A DNA stretch of 64,000 nucleotides from Vicugna vicugna (Eukaryota): positions 2,767,003 to 2,831,002 of the forward strand of contig MU058065.1 of NCBI GenBank assembly GCA_013265495.1, given 5' to 3'. Shown piece by piece: positions 23,528-37,125 of this stretch; positions within the stretch are counted from its first letter, which is position 1, and the number at the start of each line of letters is the position of its first letter. Both the position numbers and the translations under genes were made by a program. The notes under the pieces are model-generated. The model had not been told where the DNA came from and did no database searches. It saw only the letters and a program-made list of their open reading frames with translations.

Positions 23528-24399
23528 AGAAGAAGGGCCATATTAGGGAAGCCCCCTGCCCAAGGACAAACTCTGAGAGTGCATGTAATATTCACTCACT
23601 CAACACAGAGAGTACCTATTGAGTTTCTGCCGTGCAATGTGAAGCAACACGTGTTGGGGCAAGGGGGATTTTCGAAAGGACTGACTTTTACATCTAGCCA
23701 TTGTGCATCACTGTAACAAATAATGTTGAGGATGTTTTGTTTAACCCCATATTCTATAGTGTATTTAGCAATTAAAAAAAGAAGCAATAATGTGATGTAG
23801 CTGTAGGAAATGGGCTACCGTACACGAATCCACTGTATCCTGTCTCAATGCTGTGCACATCTGTGGTCTGCAACAGCGATAACTCATTCTCTCGGGGGTC
23901 TGTTTTTGCCTGAGCTACCTCACACTGAACCCCTTAGGTCATGAGCCTCATGGAGATCCACTAGGAAAAAGACCCATCTGACCCCACATGATGGTGAGAA
24001 ATAAGTGAAGACCTGGCCTCTTCAGACAAATTCTTTTGTCTTAAGTTCAGTTCTTCCCATCTATTTACTGAATGTTGTAAAATTAACAAGCAGTTGCTCT
24101 TTGGGGCTGTCATTTGAGGCTTGAGGCTTCAGAAAAGCTGATCTAGAAAAGTGACAAATGACACAGGGGTTAAAAATTATCAACCATGTTGGAATTATAC
24201 ACTAAAATTGTCATTAATATGTCACATTTCTCCCAATGGATGATTAAAAACATGCTGTCTTCTTGAGACACTGGATAAATGATGAGATAGGAAGTTTTTT
24301 GTTCAACTGCTCATCAGTCAGCTGAGAAAAAAAAATCACTTCAACTGAGCCATCAAGTTGCAGAAGATAGAGGAAGAATCTTTTATATATATACAAAGT

Positions 24400-24890
24400 T
24401 ATATAGTGACATCCACCACTTTAGCATGTCTTTACTCTTTTGGTAAAGGCACCTAATTTTCCTTGGGGACTAAGCCTTTTCTCTTCTTAAGTCCAAAGTT
24501 CTCCATCCCCTGACTCCAAAGATAGGCATGTGACTCAGATTATGTTCACCAAAATATTGCATTCAGTTGGACACTGTGATTGCTATAGAGTTGGGCACAG
24601 GAGTCAAGTGAGATCAATAAGAGTCAATAAGACTCAACCTTGAGTCCTTTTTCAGAACAGTAGAAATGGAGTCTTCATTTGGCTGGAGTTACTGAGTAGA
24701 TGGGATGTCAGCCTAAGCATCACTGGCAAATATCCTTCCACTACAAGAAAAGCCCAACGTTTGGGTAAAAATGAAGAAACCTTAATGACAATTTCTGAAT
24801 ATTTGGACTGAACCCTTGGAGTAAACCCTGAAGTTGAACTAAACACTTTTTTATTTAAACTAACTTGAAAAGACTGTCTAAATAATTCAG
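24400..24890 (+). mobile_element. MaLR solo LTR (MLT1K/J-like)
   Basis: gataggcatgtgactcag...tggacactgtgattgctatagagttgggcac...; 3' ttttttatttaaactaacttg. Confidence 0.7.
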
Positions 24891-25694
24891 GTTATTTTTC
24901 CCAGGGGCATTTGTATCTGCTTACTAACAGGTTGAAAGTCTTTTGTTTCTTGGTAAAAAAATTTTAAATTTCAAATTTTGAGAGATGGGAATATTCCCAA
25001 TGGCCCTGAACTTTCTCCTTAGGCAATAGCAAATTTTTCTGGTCCTGAGTAGAATTCAAAGCCATGAGGAGGTGGACAAGCAGACTGAAGAGCCAGTCAT
25101 AAGACTGGTCCATCCTAAAGAAAGAAAGTCTAACTATTCATACAGAGACATCAAGCTTAATTCAGCAAAACCATCTGTGATTTTTCCCCAGTCTTTGGAG
25201 CAGCACAAAACAGTTAACTATCTTACAGATCACTCCTTACTATATTCTATCTTTCCAATTTAATTTTATATTCCATCTTTTCATTACCAAACTCTATCCT
25301 GAAGAGCAAAAATTAGCACCATCACTGTCCATCAACGTATCCAGTATTTGGAGTAATCTTTAAAAGTATGAAAGAAAATTAGAGACGTGTGATAAAGAAT
25401 GTATTGTTCTACAGCTGTTAATTATGGGTCTGACTGAAAGGAAAAGATTTCCATGTAAACAGATTTTTTTTAAGGACTGATTCCTACCAGGAGGATGAGA
25501 GTGACCATAACAAGTGGAAACATACATTCTGATGGACTGAGGGCCGACAGTTACAAATCTATATCATCCTATGGTGTCAACTCTCTGCTTGTAGATAAAT
25601 AAAAGGATATCTGAATGTTTTCTATTGTTGTCTTCTTCTCAATTTATCTTGTTTTAGCATTAGATCATCTTAGACCGTCGGGATCACTGAGGGA

Positions 25695-25940
25695 ACAGGA
25701 AAAGAGTAAAGTGTGAATTCTGGAGGTAGATCAACTGATCTTGGCTCAACCAATTACCAGTTGTGTGGACTTAGGCCAATGCCTTAGTTTTTCTGTGCCT
25801 TAGTATATCCATTTATAAAATGGGAAACATTACCAGCCACACCAGTGTATAGGGAGTTAAAATAAGTACTACATACAAAGCATAGAATTTATTAAGGGCT
25901 CAAGACATATTTCTCAGTACTACTTTTATTACTGTTATCA
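25695..25940 (+). mobile_element. MIR SINE (near full length), followed by an antisense MIR fragment to ~26075
   Basis: ttaccagttgtgtggacttaggcc...tctgtgccttagtatatccatttataaaatggg. Confidence 0.85.
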
Positions 25941-28797
25941 GTTCAAATCACCCAGGTAACAGCTGATATCCCACAGTGGTTTAAGGGTCTTAGTCCAGAT
26001 TTACTCAGACAAATTGTAGATTCAGGTCTAGAACTCAGGCTTCTAGATTCAAAGATCTATATTTTTTCCACCTTCAAAATATTCTATTTGTATAATATTT
26101 TTAAACTACAGTAGGGAAGCTTCAGATGTGCTTTGAAAAAAGGTTTTGGAAAAAATGGGGGAAATAAAAATACAGATGATAATTTTAATCTGTTAAATTG
26201 CAAAGAATCATCAAAAGATAAGAATATTTAAATTGGCAATTAATGTGATAAAAAAAAAACTACATGCCATGCACCAAGAAGATAATCAATAATGAATTCC
26301 CCCAGAATATTTGGGGAAACTCTCTACAAATAAGAAAGGCTCCTTTGCAAAAACTATGGAGGCAAATTTCCCTAGAACAAAGAAATTACAGGAAGAATAA
26401 TACGACAGAAGGCATATAAAAGTCTTAATTAAGCCATATTTTCACATGATGTTATATATGTCTTTGTTGCCCAATTTTATTCCTGGCTTCTTAGGAGCTC
26501 TCTGACAAGGCCAACCTTCCCCATAAAGAGCTTCATTTTTACATTTCAAACTTTCTCTCTTCCTTGTTCCTCTCTCTCATTCCTCACATCAAACCTACAC
26601 AGGATGTGTCCAATTTTCTCTGGACTCTGTTGGGTGATAACTGTTCAAGCTGACACACTGCTCTGGGTTAACTGTGTGACAAGGTGCTAATGGCTCAGCA
26701 TGCCACCCACTCAGGACATGCCTATATTGCACATGAGTCCTCAAGAAGTTCAAGGTGCTAACCCAAAGGAAGAAGGCTCATGAGAGAAACTTCAGATAAG
26801 TGTAAATTGGAGGGTTAAGACACAGTAATTGGTGACAAAGCTTGTTGACAGCAAAAATTCCTCACCTGGATAAAATGGACAGCTACTTATTCCAGCATCT
26901 CATGGAGTTTGCCTGGAAGTTGGGCAAGATAATTTTACCTTTACCTTAACCCCAGAATTTGTGTATTTATTCTTATATCCATAAACTGAATTTGATTTGA
27001 ACCTAGGCCTCTATTTACCCTTATTTGGAGCCTAATTACTCACAATAAAAATTACACCAAGCTCAGCTGATTGGCTAGAGTATGAATAATATTTTTATTA
27101 TTTTCCAAAATGAATGAATATATTTTTTAAGTATCTCAGATTTATTTAAAAGTGTTCAGAAACAGCATTTATGCTCTCCTTCAATACTGTCTTTGGGATT
27201 CAGATACTATATGAATACATATCAGAAACCAGTCAGCTGGGGAACAGATGTGTGCAGATCCCCTAGTCCATCACACAATGGAACTGATGAAAGTTTATAT
27301 AAGAGAGGGCTAGTTTAATTTGCCTACTTTTAGCATATTTGCAAATTAAAAAAAATCAAATTCTTAGTTTTGGCAAATGCATCTAAGGCTTAAATTGAGC
27401 AATGACATTTAGCACAGACTATCAAGCTAGTGCATGATGATTTTTTTTAATGATTTCTTTAATGGTCAGATTAATAAAATAAAATCTTTAAAGAATTAAA
27501 CAGAGATATAATCTTCCCTTTTCACACCAGTGGGATCTTTAATACATAAGAAACAGTTTGTCCTGCCAAGATGGGGACAGTACTGTCTTAAGAAGTTGCC
27601 AGTGAATTTGGAAAATATTTTCTATGCCCATGGGAGGGACACATACAGCAAGACTAATTGATAAAGCATAACTTAGATGTCAGCTCACCATGGAACATTG
27701 GCTGTGCCTTCATTGCCAAGAGAATGCCTTTAGGATGTTGGGACAGAGAAGCTATTTAATTCCCCAATGTAACCAGTAGACATAAAAGTGCTAAGAAAAT
27801 CTCTACTCTGAAAAACAAGATGTCAAAAAAGAATTAATTGTATTTTGTGAAATATGTAAGAAAGATATATTCAATTAGCATTTTTTAGCCAAAACTCTCA
27901 GAATTGGTCAGACAATTGTTGGAGATGGTTGAAAACCCAAGTTTATTTATGGGAAATGCTGGTGTCCAGAAGAAGCCTCTTCTCTCTATCAGAGCTAATG
28001 GAAAACTTTTTGTTTATGATAAAATACTTTTTCCTGCATGCCTATTAGAATACCACAAATATTTATGATCAATTCCTTTGGTTGTTTAAATATAATGACA
28101 AAGTTTATTTCCAGAAATATAAAACTTTATATGGGTTGGTATAAAAAATTTTGATCAGAGAAATTTCAATCAAGACATCAAATTTACTTCCTCAATCCCA
28201 ATAGTGCTAAAACAGAATTGTAGGAAAGCAAAATTATAATTTATAAATTCCCATTCAACTGTTTATATGTCTATGTATAAAGAGCAAGAAGTCAATCAAA
28301 TGAGGAGATGCTCCAAATGAACTTAGTCGTGTCCTGGCTAATCCCTGGGCCTTCAGACCTAGGAAGTCTGGATGAATTATGAGCTCAACCAATAATGTGA
28401 ATCTGCTCCAAAAATAATCACATGACTCAGACCATTTAGCTTAGTGTGAGCCCATGAACCTCACTCATATGAGAAAATTCAGCCATCCAGTTCAGCATCG
28501 TCAGCCAGAATGAGACTGGACTCCCTTGGATTTGATCTGAGTTAGAATGTAAGGAATCGGCTCAGGATTTAACCGTCCATGTAAGTAAGGCAGAGTTTCA
28601 GCTCTTCTGAATTCCCAATGGCAGCTCAAACTTTGGGCGCTGTACAGAGTGAACATCTTCTGGCTCTTATCTGTTTGAAATCTTCAGCATTTAGAGCATG
28701 TACAGGGCTACTCAACTAAGGAAACACAGATTCATCCTCAGCGACAAAATTGCCTGATCAGTTTCCACCACACTTTGTGAATATCTGTGAACAAGCT

Positions 28798-29268
28798 TGT
28801 GTTTCAGTAAGACTTTGTTTTTCCCCATTTGTCCCTCTCTTAAGATCCAGTCTCTTAAGATCACATTCCTTTCCTCTCTGGATCTCAAGCAGCTGACCCT
28901 TATGAGCTGCATCACTATTCCCTTGTTGGACTGGCTCCCAACTAGGTTAGACCCCAGTGGGAGGGGGACGTTAAAGCAAAAGAAGGAACTGGGTATCCTC
29001 CCCTCCCCTGGCCCTGTTTCAGCACCGTGGCTCAGATTAGGACTGCAGAGTAGCCCTTCCTCCACAACTGCACTCCTACTGGGCTCTGGTGATACTGTTT
29101 GTTCCTCTGGATCCCAAGCCTAGGGGTGGTAATGACCTTCCTCTGTCACTAGCCTCTTCATCATCCTTTGTTTAGTCACTTAACCTTACCCTCACCTCTT
29201 AAGTAATACCTGAATGTAAGTCTCTTCAAATGAACCTTCTGAATGGAATTATTTATCCTGCCAGGTAG
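28798..29268 (+). mobile_element. LTR33-like ERVL solo LTR
   Basis: gctgacccttatgagctgcatca, gcctaggggtggtaatgaccttcctctgtcactagcc, ending tcctgccagg; contains a 12-bp local duplication (tctcttaagatc x2). Confidence 0.75.
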
Positions 29269-29734
29269 ATTCTTTGATTTCAGTGAAGGATCATAAAATC
29301 AAATTACTTTGTAGACCAGGTAGGAATTACAATTATGTGAAATAACCAAGGATAATGTAAAAAAAAAAGTAGGTTTTATGAAAATAGGAAAGTATATGCC
29401 ATTTAAATTCATTCATATTCAAGTTTTTCTCTAAAAGAATATAAATCCGAGGGGAGCCCACTTAAAATCGCTGAATCGGGACCTGCGAAAGCTATATTAA
29501 GAGATTTGCACTCATATTAATATGGAGTTTTAGAAGCCCAGGATTATTTAAAACATGGAGTGGCTTAGGGATATTAATGTTGAAACGAAATTCTAGCTGA
29601 ATTACTATTAACATTTTTTGCACTGTAACTCTTGGTAGAAAAAAATGATAAATTTTATACTAGAGCAGAAAGACTAGAAAAAAGAATACATTTTGAAGGA
29701 GTTGAAGTATCTGTCTGTTATAAGGTGCCCATCA

Positions 29735-30162
29735 GCATTGTTTTTTTTTTTTTGGTCTTTTTATTTTTTTATTTTTTTTTTAACATTTTTATTGATTCAT
29801 AATCATTTTACAGTGTTGTGTCAAATTCCAGTGTTCAGTACAATTTTTCAGTCATACATGGACATATACACACTCATTGTCACATTTTTTTCTCTGTGAT
29901 TTATCATAACATTTTGTGTATATTTCCCTGTGCTATACAGTGTAATCTTGTTTATCTGTTCTACAATTTTGAAATCCCAGTCTATCCCTTCCCACCCTCT
30001 ACCCCCCCCCCCGGTAACCACAAGTCTGTATTCTCTGTCCATGAGTCCATTTCTGTCCTGTATTTATGCTTTGTTTTTGTTTGTTTGTTTGTTTTTGTTT
30101 TTTAGATTCCACATATGAGCGATCTCATATGGTATTTTTCTTTCTCTTTCTGGCATTGTTTT
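29735..30162 (-). mobile_element. Young camelid-type L1 3' end, 5'-truncated, 10-bp TSD
   Basis: Poly(T) tail then the reverse complement of the 42.2-kb L1 (6 substitutions plus a G-run difference over ~260 bp); gcattgtttt at 29735-29744 and 30153-30162; TTTT/AT nick site. Confidence 0.95.
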
Positions 30163-30519
30163 ATCTACCTCATCACCATAAAAATTATTTTGGGTTCCCA
30201 GGAAAAGAGAGGCCATAGTGGATAAATTATAACTAAATTCACCAAACTAAAAAAATTACTTATCCAACAGGACTATACGTTAAAGGGACATGAAATAATA
30301 GAGCACAGCTCATAAAATATATTAAAATTGACCCTTCAAGTTCGTACAGATGGCTGTACTGAGCTGGCTAGACAGCAGTAAGAGGCTCTAACATCCCTGA
30401 ATGTATGAATGTAGTTTGCTACAGATCAATCAGATTTAGGCTGCAGCATCCACTGGATGCAAATCCCACCATAAGCCTAATAGGGCCAAGGTAAAGCTTA
30501 TGTGATCTTCTCAAGAGCT

Positions 30520-31360
30520 ATATAGTTCATTCATCAACACTTCTCTCTAATGGATAGTTACCTTCATCACACAAACATGTTATAATATCTCTCATTTAAA
30601 AAAAAATTCTTGACCTAAAACTTTCTCCCTGTTCCTTTTCATAACAAAATTTCCTTTTCGTAACAAAAGAATGACTCTATATGATGTCACCACTTCTCTT
30701 TCAACCAACTCTAATTGGGGTTTTATCTTCACAACTACACTGAAATCACTCTTGACAAGTTTATTAATTATACCCATGTTACCAAATGGTTCATTTTCCA
30801 TTTCTCGTTTTACTCAGCCTAAGAAGCAGCCACTGATACAGTTTATCTTTCCCTCATTGTTACAACTTTCTTTACTTTGTTTCTGAGCTTCTTTTTATTT
30901 CACTGCATGTACCTTTTGAATCACATTTGCTTGATCTTCCTCATCCTCCCAGTTTCCACATGTTGGAGCCCTCCAGAAACCTCTTCTTCAGCCACATTTA
31001 ATCTTTACATAATTCTATCTAGTCTGATGGCTTTTAAATATCATAAAGATGTTCCTAACCATTTATTTCCAACTCTAAACACTCCCTGTAACCAACTCAC
31101 CCCCAGTCCCATTTGGATATATAATGAACATCTCGAACTTAACATGATCAAAGCGCAGTTCTTGATTGTGTCCCCACAAAATCCCACTCCACCTCAGCAT
31201 ACCCTTCCTCAACAACTGACATACCCTTTCACCCACTGGTTTAAGCCCCAAAACCTAAAGACATCATTCTCTCTCTCACACACCTAGCAAAAATTATTTT
31301 GTTCACTGTTGTATCACCAGTGCCTGGAATATAGCCTGACATTTTATGGGATCATAACAA
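30520..31360 (+). mobile_element. L2 LINE (RT to 3' end, internally deleted)
   Basis: acaactacactgaaatcactcttgacaag, aacatctcgaacttaacatg and terminal tttgttcactgttgtatcaccagtgcctggaa. Confidence 0.8.
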
Positions 31361-31462
31361 CTGAGTTCTAGTTTCTGAATCTGTCCTTTTATACTGTGTT
31401 TCCATGGGTAGGTGACTTCTCTTTTAGTGTAAGTTTGATTATCTATAAAATGAGAATAACAA
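31360..31462 (+). mobile_element. MIR fragment
   Basis: ctgagttctagttt...atgggtaggtgactt...atctataaaatgagaataac. Confidence 0.6.
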
Positions 31463-31499
31463 ATGAGAATGTATTATTGTTATGTATTAGTAGCATACA

Positions 31500-31900
31500 T
31501 AGTATGAGAATATTTTAATAGCATCTATAAGAAATAGGTAACAAATCAACATGCTTACGAAAAAGAGATGTATTTACTGTAATAACACTACAGTATCTCA
31601 TCAACTCAATATTACTTTAAGGCTGAAAACAGGAATTAGAAAGCCATCCAGAACATTAATCATCTTCTCTGTCTCAACTGTGCTCCTCTACACAGGTTAG
31701 CTCCAATATTCTCCCTCTGCAGGCCAACTTTTCTGGTTCTCCTGTATTTAAGAAACTAGTCAAGAATGGCCTGCTCAGTTGCAAATATAAATTAGTAGCA
31801 CACCAAACTTAATTGTGATCCATTCGAGTTGATATCCATCTTTCATTGGGTCAGTTGAGCCAAAGGAAGAACGTCATATAATAGAAATGTAACTAAGGTA
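31500..31900 (-). mobile_element. Old MaLR LTR remnant (MLT1K-like)
   Basis: Degenerate reversed MLT1 3' end and internal ggttagctccaatattctc; weak match. Confidence 0.35.
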
Positions 31901-32443
31901 CTGAATGAGTTGGACTTCAATGCTGCAAGCAGCAACTTTGTTATATCTCATCACTGCTACCTTCAGCTCACTCTATGAATCATTCTTTCCCACCTCCTGC
32001 AAGAAAAAGAAAGGAGATCTCATTACTTTATGGTTATTTTCAGATATTAAACAGCTCAACTTAATCTAATATCAAAACTCAAATATCACCCCCAACTTAG
32101 AGTTTCTCCCTGCCCGTCCTTAGAATTGACTCAGGCTTGAAACCCTACTCTGGAGTGGAGATACAGAGCTCGTTGGCCTCTTCTCTCTTCCATGGTCCCA
32201 TCGTCTCTTAACTGATATACCTTGTTCCTATGAAGTCAGTTCCAGGAGTAAAGAAGAATTAGTGAAAAAGAGAAAGTCTCCTTGAGATTGAAATCTGGCT
32301 TTGAAGGTGTGGGGTGCCCCTTTCTCTCATAGGGAGTTTTCTGTGTTCTTTGATGATCTGACTTCTCAAGGGACCTATCCCCAGCATTGCAGTCTTCCTT
32401 TCAGGTCCTGAATTCCAGTGGTCCAGTCATCCAGGTGGGTCTC

Positions 32444-33007
32444 TGTATTTGTCAGTGTTCTCCAGAGGGGGGGAAAACAGTAGGATATATAGAAAAAGGT
32501 AGATATATAAAAACATAGACACATAGATATTAACATTTCTTATAAGGAATTAGTTTGTGCAATTACGAAGGCTAAGTCCCAAGATCTGAAGTCAGTAAGC
32601 TAGAGATCCAGGAGAGCCAATGGCATAGTTCTAATCTGAGTGTGAAGGCCTGAGAAGTAGGAGAGCCTGTGGTGTAAGTTCCAGTCTGAACACTAGCATC
32701 CTTGAGACCCAAGAAAAGTCAATTTTTCAATTCCAGTCCAAAGGGAAGAAAAGAGCAATGCACAGATTAAACAGTCAGTATTACTTAGTTTTGTTTGGTT
32801 TGGTTTGGTTTGGTTCTATTCAGATCTTCAATTGATTTGGATCAGGCCCACTCACACTGGGTAGGGCAATCTGCTTTACTTCATCTGCTGATTCAAATGT
32901 CCATCTCACCCAGAAACACCCTCACAGACACACCCAGAATAATGTTTGACTAAATGTCTAGGCACCCCTTGGCCTGGTCAAGTTGACACACAAAATTAAC
33001 CACCACA
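32444..33007 (-). mobile_element. ERVL solo LTR MLT2B-like
   Basis: Starts tgtatttgtcagtgttctccagag, ends gtcaagttgacacacaaaattaaccaccaca; ggcaatctgctttac and cagaaacaccctcacagacacacccagaataatg; internal (GTTTG)n. Confidence 0.92.
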
Positions 33008-33306
33008 AGCTCTTAGGCTGAGACTCCTTTATGAAGACCAACATCCTGCTCTCATTATTGGCCCATGTTTTGAAGGAAAGCTCTGGTACTTGGCTTGCCG
33101 TTGGTGAATGTGCAGCTTGCACTCACTAAATCCCTTTCCATATGCCCTGTTATTGGGTCAGTTCCAGGCAGCTTCTCATGCTGATGTCTCCAGGTGAGAT
33201 CAGGCACCTGTCCCTGCATTTACTGTTAGGGACACATGTTTTTCCAAGTAGTCTCACAAATGTAACTTTCCTCTGGAGGGGAGAAAGAAACACACAGTGC
33301 TTCAAT

Positions 33307-33612
33307 AAGAACTCTCTTCACTTATGTTGCTTCCATCCATGTCTTGGCAATTGTAAATAATGCTATGAACATTGGGATACACGTGTCTGTTCAAATTGCT
33401 GTTTTGGGTTTTTTTTTTCTAATATATACTCAAAAGCAGAATTGCTGGGTCACATGGTAGTTCTATCTTTAGTTTTTTGAGAAACCTCCATAGCGTTTTC
33501 CACAGTGGTTGCACCAATTTACACCAACAGTGCACAGTGGTTCTATTTTCCCCACATCCTCACCAACATTTGTTATTTCAAGAGGTGAAAGAATAAAGAA
33601 GGTATGGTATGT

Positions 33613-33661
<49 letters not shown>

Positions 33662-34062
33662 GATAGAGATGGTGTGTATATATACACATATAATAGATTT
33701 TGCCATTTGCAGCAACATGGATGGACTTGGAAGGCATTATGCTAAGTGAAATAAGTCAGACAAAGACAAATATTGTATGATATCACTTATACAAGGAATC
33801 TTAAAACTACAACAAACTACTAAATAAAACAAAAAATGAACTAGACTCACAGATATGGAGATCAAACTAGTGGTTACCAGTGGGGAGATGGGGGGAGGGG
33901 CTCTGTAAGGGCTGAGAGGTGGGAGTTACAAACTATTTGGTATAAGATAGGTTCAAGGATTTATCGTACAATGTGGGGAACAGAGTCAATACTTTGCAAT
34001 AACCGTAAATGGAAAGTAACTTTAAAAAATTGTGTTAATTTTTTTAAAGAAAACTCACTTCA
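33307..34062 (+). mobile_element. 5'-inverted (twin-primed) lineage-specific L1
   Basis: 33319-33577 is antisense ORF2 end, 33578-34048 is sense 3'UTR; degenerate TSD aagaactctcttca / gaaaactcacttca. Confidence 0.9.
33614..33661. repeat. (TAGA)12 tetranucleotide microsatellite within L1
   Basis: Perfect repeat read directly. Confidence 0.97.
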
Positions 34063-35309
34063 TAGGTGTTTCCACCACCACTCTTCCTCTGAAATGAATC
34101 TTTCACTCGGAAAAAATAAATAAATCATGAATCTAGATAATGGGATAATGGTTACAGAACTGGCTTTAGGTGACCCCCTGACAAATGCTGCATTGATGGT
34201 CTAGCACCCTATTTTGGAATGTAGGAATTAGCTTGTTACTGTTGTTTCCAGCTTTGTGTCCACAGCTGAAACTCTAAGACCAAAAGAGTTTCATTTTAAT
34301 ATTTTGTTACAGATGTGGCTTTTCCTTTGGGCTAGGTGTGCCATTCTTGTAGAAAGAGAATCAAGTTGGAAAATCACCCCCAAATTTTTCTTCTATGCCT
34401 TTCTTCTTACATTATGGGGTTCTTGTGAGGATCTAATAGTGTGAAGATTGTACAACAGAATACACATGTTTTAATCTGGTTCAAAACTAGTTTCCAAGTT
34501 TTAAAAGGAAATGGTAACTAACCTTTTCCCCTCTGAGTCCTTGCACAGAATACTTAGATAGTAGACAAGAGACTAAAAGAGAACAATCTCTAAGGCCATT
34601 TCCTTCACTCTAGATTTCAGACAGAGGCAGAATTATAGTTCTTACCACTCCAGACAGGAAAGATATGGGGTAATGAGAAGGAGCAGGGGCTATCACCCCT
34701 GAAGCCTATGGTTTCAACAGAGGCAAGGGCATTGTCAAAGACTGCAACATTAGTTCTATGACTCTGGGATGCTGCTTAAGTGAGGAGTCAATTTATCTTT
34801 CCTCTCTGGGATAACTGAGTTTAGCCTTGGCTGTTATCAAGGGCAATTATATTTGCATGAGCCAAGGAATGCAACCCCTTCATTTTACATCACTGTAACC
34901 AGCTATACCCTTACCATCCAATCACGACATTTCCATCCATTCATTGCACTATAAAAAAGTTTTATTATATTCCTGATAATGTGAGATCTGTGGGCTTCAT
35001 GGAAGTTAGGGGACAATCTGGTAACTAAAAGAAAAAAGTCTCATTCCAAAGTAGTATTTTCTTAGAGACCTAGACTTCAAAAAGGAAGATTGTTCAGAGA
35101 ACCCTGCCAAACCAACAAGTAGGTAGTTAAAATAACTGTGGTAATTTTTAAGTGACTAGAGTGCTTTATCTATAAGTAGCTAATACTACTTCCTCAGAGT
35201 CAGTGGGTTCACTGTTTTCAGTGTTTGCTCCCTCTTGGAGTAGAAATGGTACTTAATACGAACATCACTTCATCATATACATCCACTTACAGTCTCTAAA
35301 GTGGTCCTA

Positions 35310-35640
35310 CTTTATTCAATCAAAAACCCTGAGGACCAAAATGATAACTCTAGGTGATAGGGATACAAAACTGATGAAGACACGGTCCCTGTTTTCAAGG
35401 AACTCATGATTCCTTTGAGGAAAAAAATACACCATATACTATAACGTAATATACAGGTATATTCATGGTGTATTCAAAGATTTAAAGTTTAGTGAGGATT
35501 CTGAGAGTAGGCATGTTGTGGCCTTGTTATTTGATATGTAAAGAAAATCAGAATTTCTACAGACAAAGATGAGGAAAAGGACATCCTAGGAGAAGTAACA
35601 TATATACTCAATGGTAAAATTTTGAAACCGTTGATGTCAT
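35310..35640 (-). mobile_element. L2 3' end
   Basis: gatagggatacaaaactgatgaagacacggtccctgttttcaaggaactcatgattc. Confidence 0.7.
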
Positions 35641-35718
35641 GTGATAGGATTTCAACTGCTTCTGTGCCAGGCACACATTTTGCTAATGAGAATTCTCATT
35701 TTCATATAATTCAAGGAA

Positions 35719-36073
35719 TTTTTTTAATTGAAGTTTAGTTGATTTACAGTGTGTTAGTTCCTGGTGTACAGCATATTGATTCAATTAGACATATATTATA
35801 TATATTCTTTTTCATATTGTCATTATAGGTTATTATAAGATGTTGAATATAGTTCCCTGTGCTAAACAATAGGGCCTTGTTGTTTATCTGTTTTATATAC
35901 AGTAGTGTGTATCTGCAAATCCCAAACTCCTAATTTATCCCTTCTCCACCCTTCCCCCACTAGTAACCATAAGTTTGTTTTCTGTGCTGTGAATCTGCTT
36001 CTGCTTTGTAAATAAGTTTATTTGTGCCCTTTTTTTTTAATATTCCACATATAAGTGAAATCATGTATTTGTC
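35719..36073 (-). mobile_element. Artiodactyl/camelid-type L1 3'UTR (older subfamily)
   Basis: ttttttaattgaagtttagttgatttaca...gaatatagttccctgtgcta...gtaaccataagtttgttttct...ttccacatataagtga. Confidence 0.9.
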
Positions 36074-36284
36074 ATCCTAGAGATAATCTACTAAGTAGAT
36101 TATTTATTAAGTAAAGTAAGTCATGCAAGGAAAGACAAATTCAAAGAACTTTGTCATCTCTGATTGCTGTTGTCATCTGCCAACAAAATGAATAAAATAT
36201 TTATTTTCCTTGCTTTACTTGGAGGAAGCCTCGCTTAATTTCAGCCGCATTTTTTGTGTTTATCTTTATAGATTCCTATAAAGC

Positions 36285-36525
36285 CTCCTATGCTAATAAG
36301 CTTTCCTTGACCTCTTGCTCTCCATACGAACTTGCTGCTTCTCCTGGGTACCCCAGACCACCTTGTACATACACCTTTCACAGCGCTTATCACTCTGTAC
36401 TATTACCAGTGGTTTGTCTAACTTCTTTATGCTTGTTCTGCTCAGGTAGAACCACCTTCACCTCTGATTCCATAGTGATTAGCTCAGGGCACAGAAGGCA
36501 ATCATATTTGTTGATGAACGAATAA
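36285..36525 (+). mobile_element. L2 3' terminus
   Basis: cacagcgcttatcactctgtac...ggcacagaaggcaatcatatttgttgatgaacgaat. Confidence 0.7.
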
Positions 36526-36734
36526 TGTGGGAGAACTGAAGTCAGAATCCAACACTTCTCACAAATCCAATGCCCTTGTAATTCTTTTATGATTAACTAT
36601 CTCAAAAATTACATGTTTTCTTAAGCAACAGTGTAGTCAAAATATATCTTGATTATTAAAAAAAAAATCCTGGGGAAGTGTTGCATTTTTTTAGTTCCTA
36701 GGAATATATACCCTCAGTCTTCAAATGCTTTCTC

Positions 36735-37125
36735 TGTAGGTTGAATGGAGAATCATAATCCAAAAATACCTCAACAGACTGGAGCAAAAGCTGAATTGAA
36801 GACACTGAAATCTGACGGAGATAAATTTAAACTTTTGTATGAATACACGATTTGGGAGGGACAAAATTCAGCAGGAACATAGCTGAAAGAGACTTAAAAG
36901 TTAATTTAAAGGAACTGTGGGTTTTCTGTAAATCTGGCATATGACTTGTCCCATGAAGAATCTAATATGATCTTCATCACACTATGCACTATAATGTGTA
37001 TCCATTATACATCACACAATATAATATGTGTTATATTAATAAAAGTATTGTTTCTAAAATGAAGAAAATAAAAATCCTATCATACTGTGTTCAGACTAGA
37101 CTAAACCCTAGAGTAATGTTCCGTA
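36735..37125 (+). mobile_element. L3/CR1 LINE RT C-terminal fragment
   Basis: Translates to RIIIQKYLNRLEQ...LKSDGDKFKL (CR1: IQKDLDRLE...MKFN.DKCKVL); later attaataaaagtattgtttctaaaatgaagaaaataa. Confidence 0.75.

Larger units (their letters stand above)
32000..34240 (-). mobile_element. Ancient long ERV LTR (LTR78/79-like), interrupted by MLT2B and an inverted L1
   Basis: Continuous non-LINE sequence across both insertions; right end ggctttaggtgacccc...cttgttac resembles a reversed LTR start. Family uncertain. Confidence 0.35.

Noticed and set aside
29017..29037. TTCAGCACC RE1 left half-site
   Set aside because: The right half-site is absent and it lies inside an LTR33-like element.
29295..29640. 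Possible hAT-Charlie (MER102/MER113-like) remnant
   Set aside because: Resemblance too weak to define ends or family by eye.
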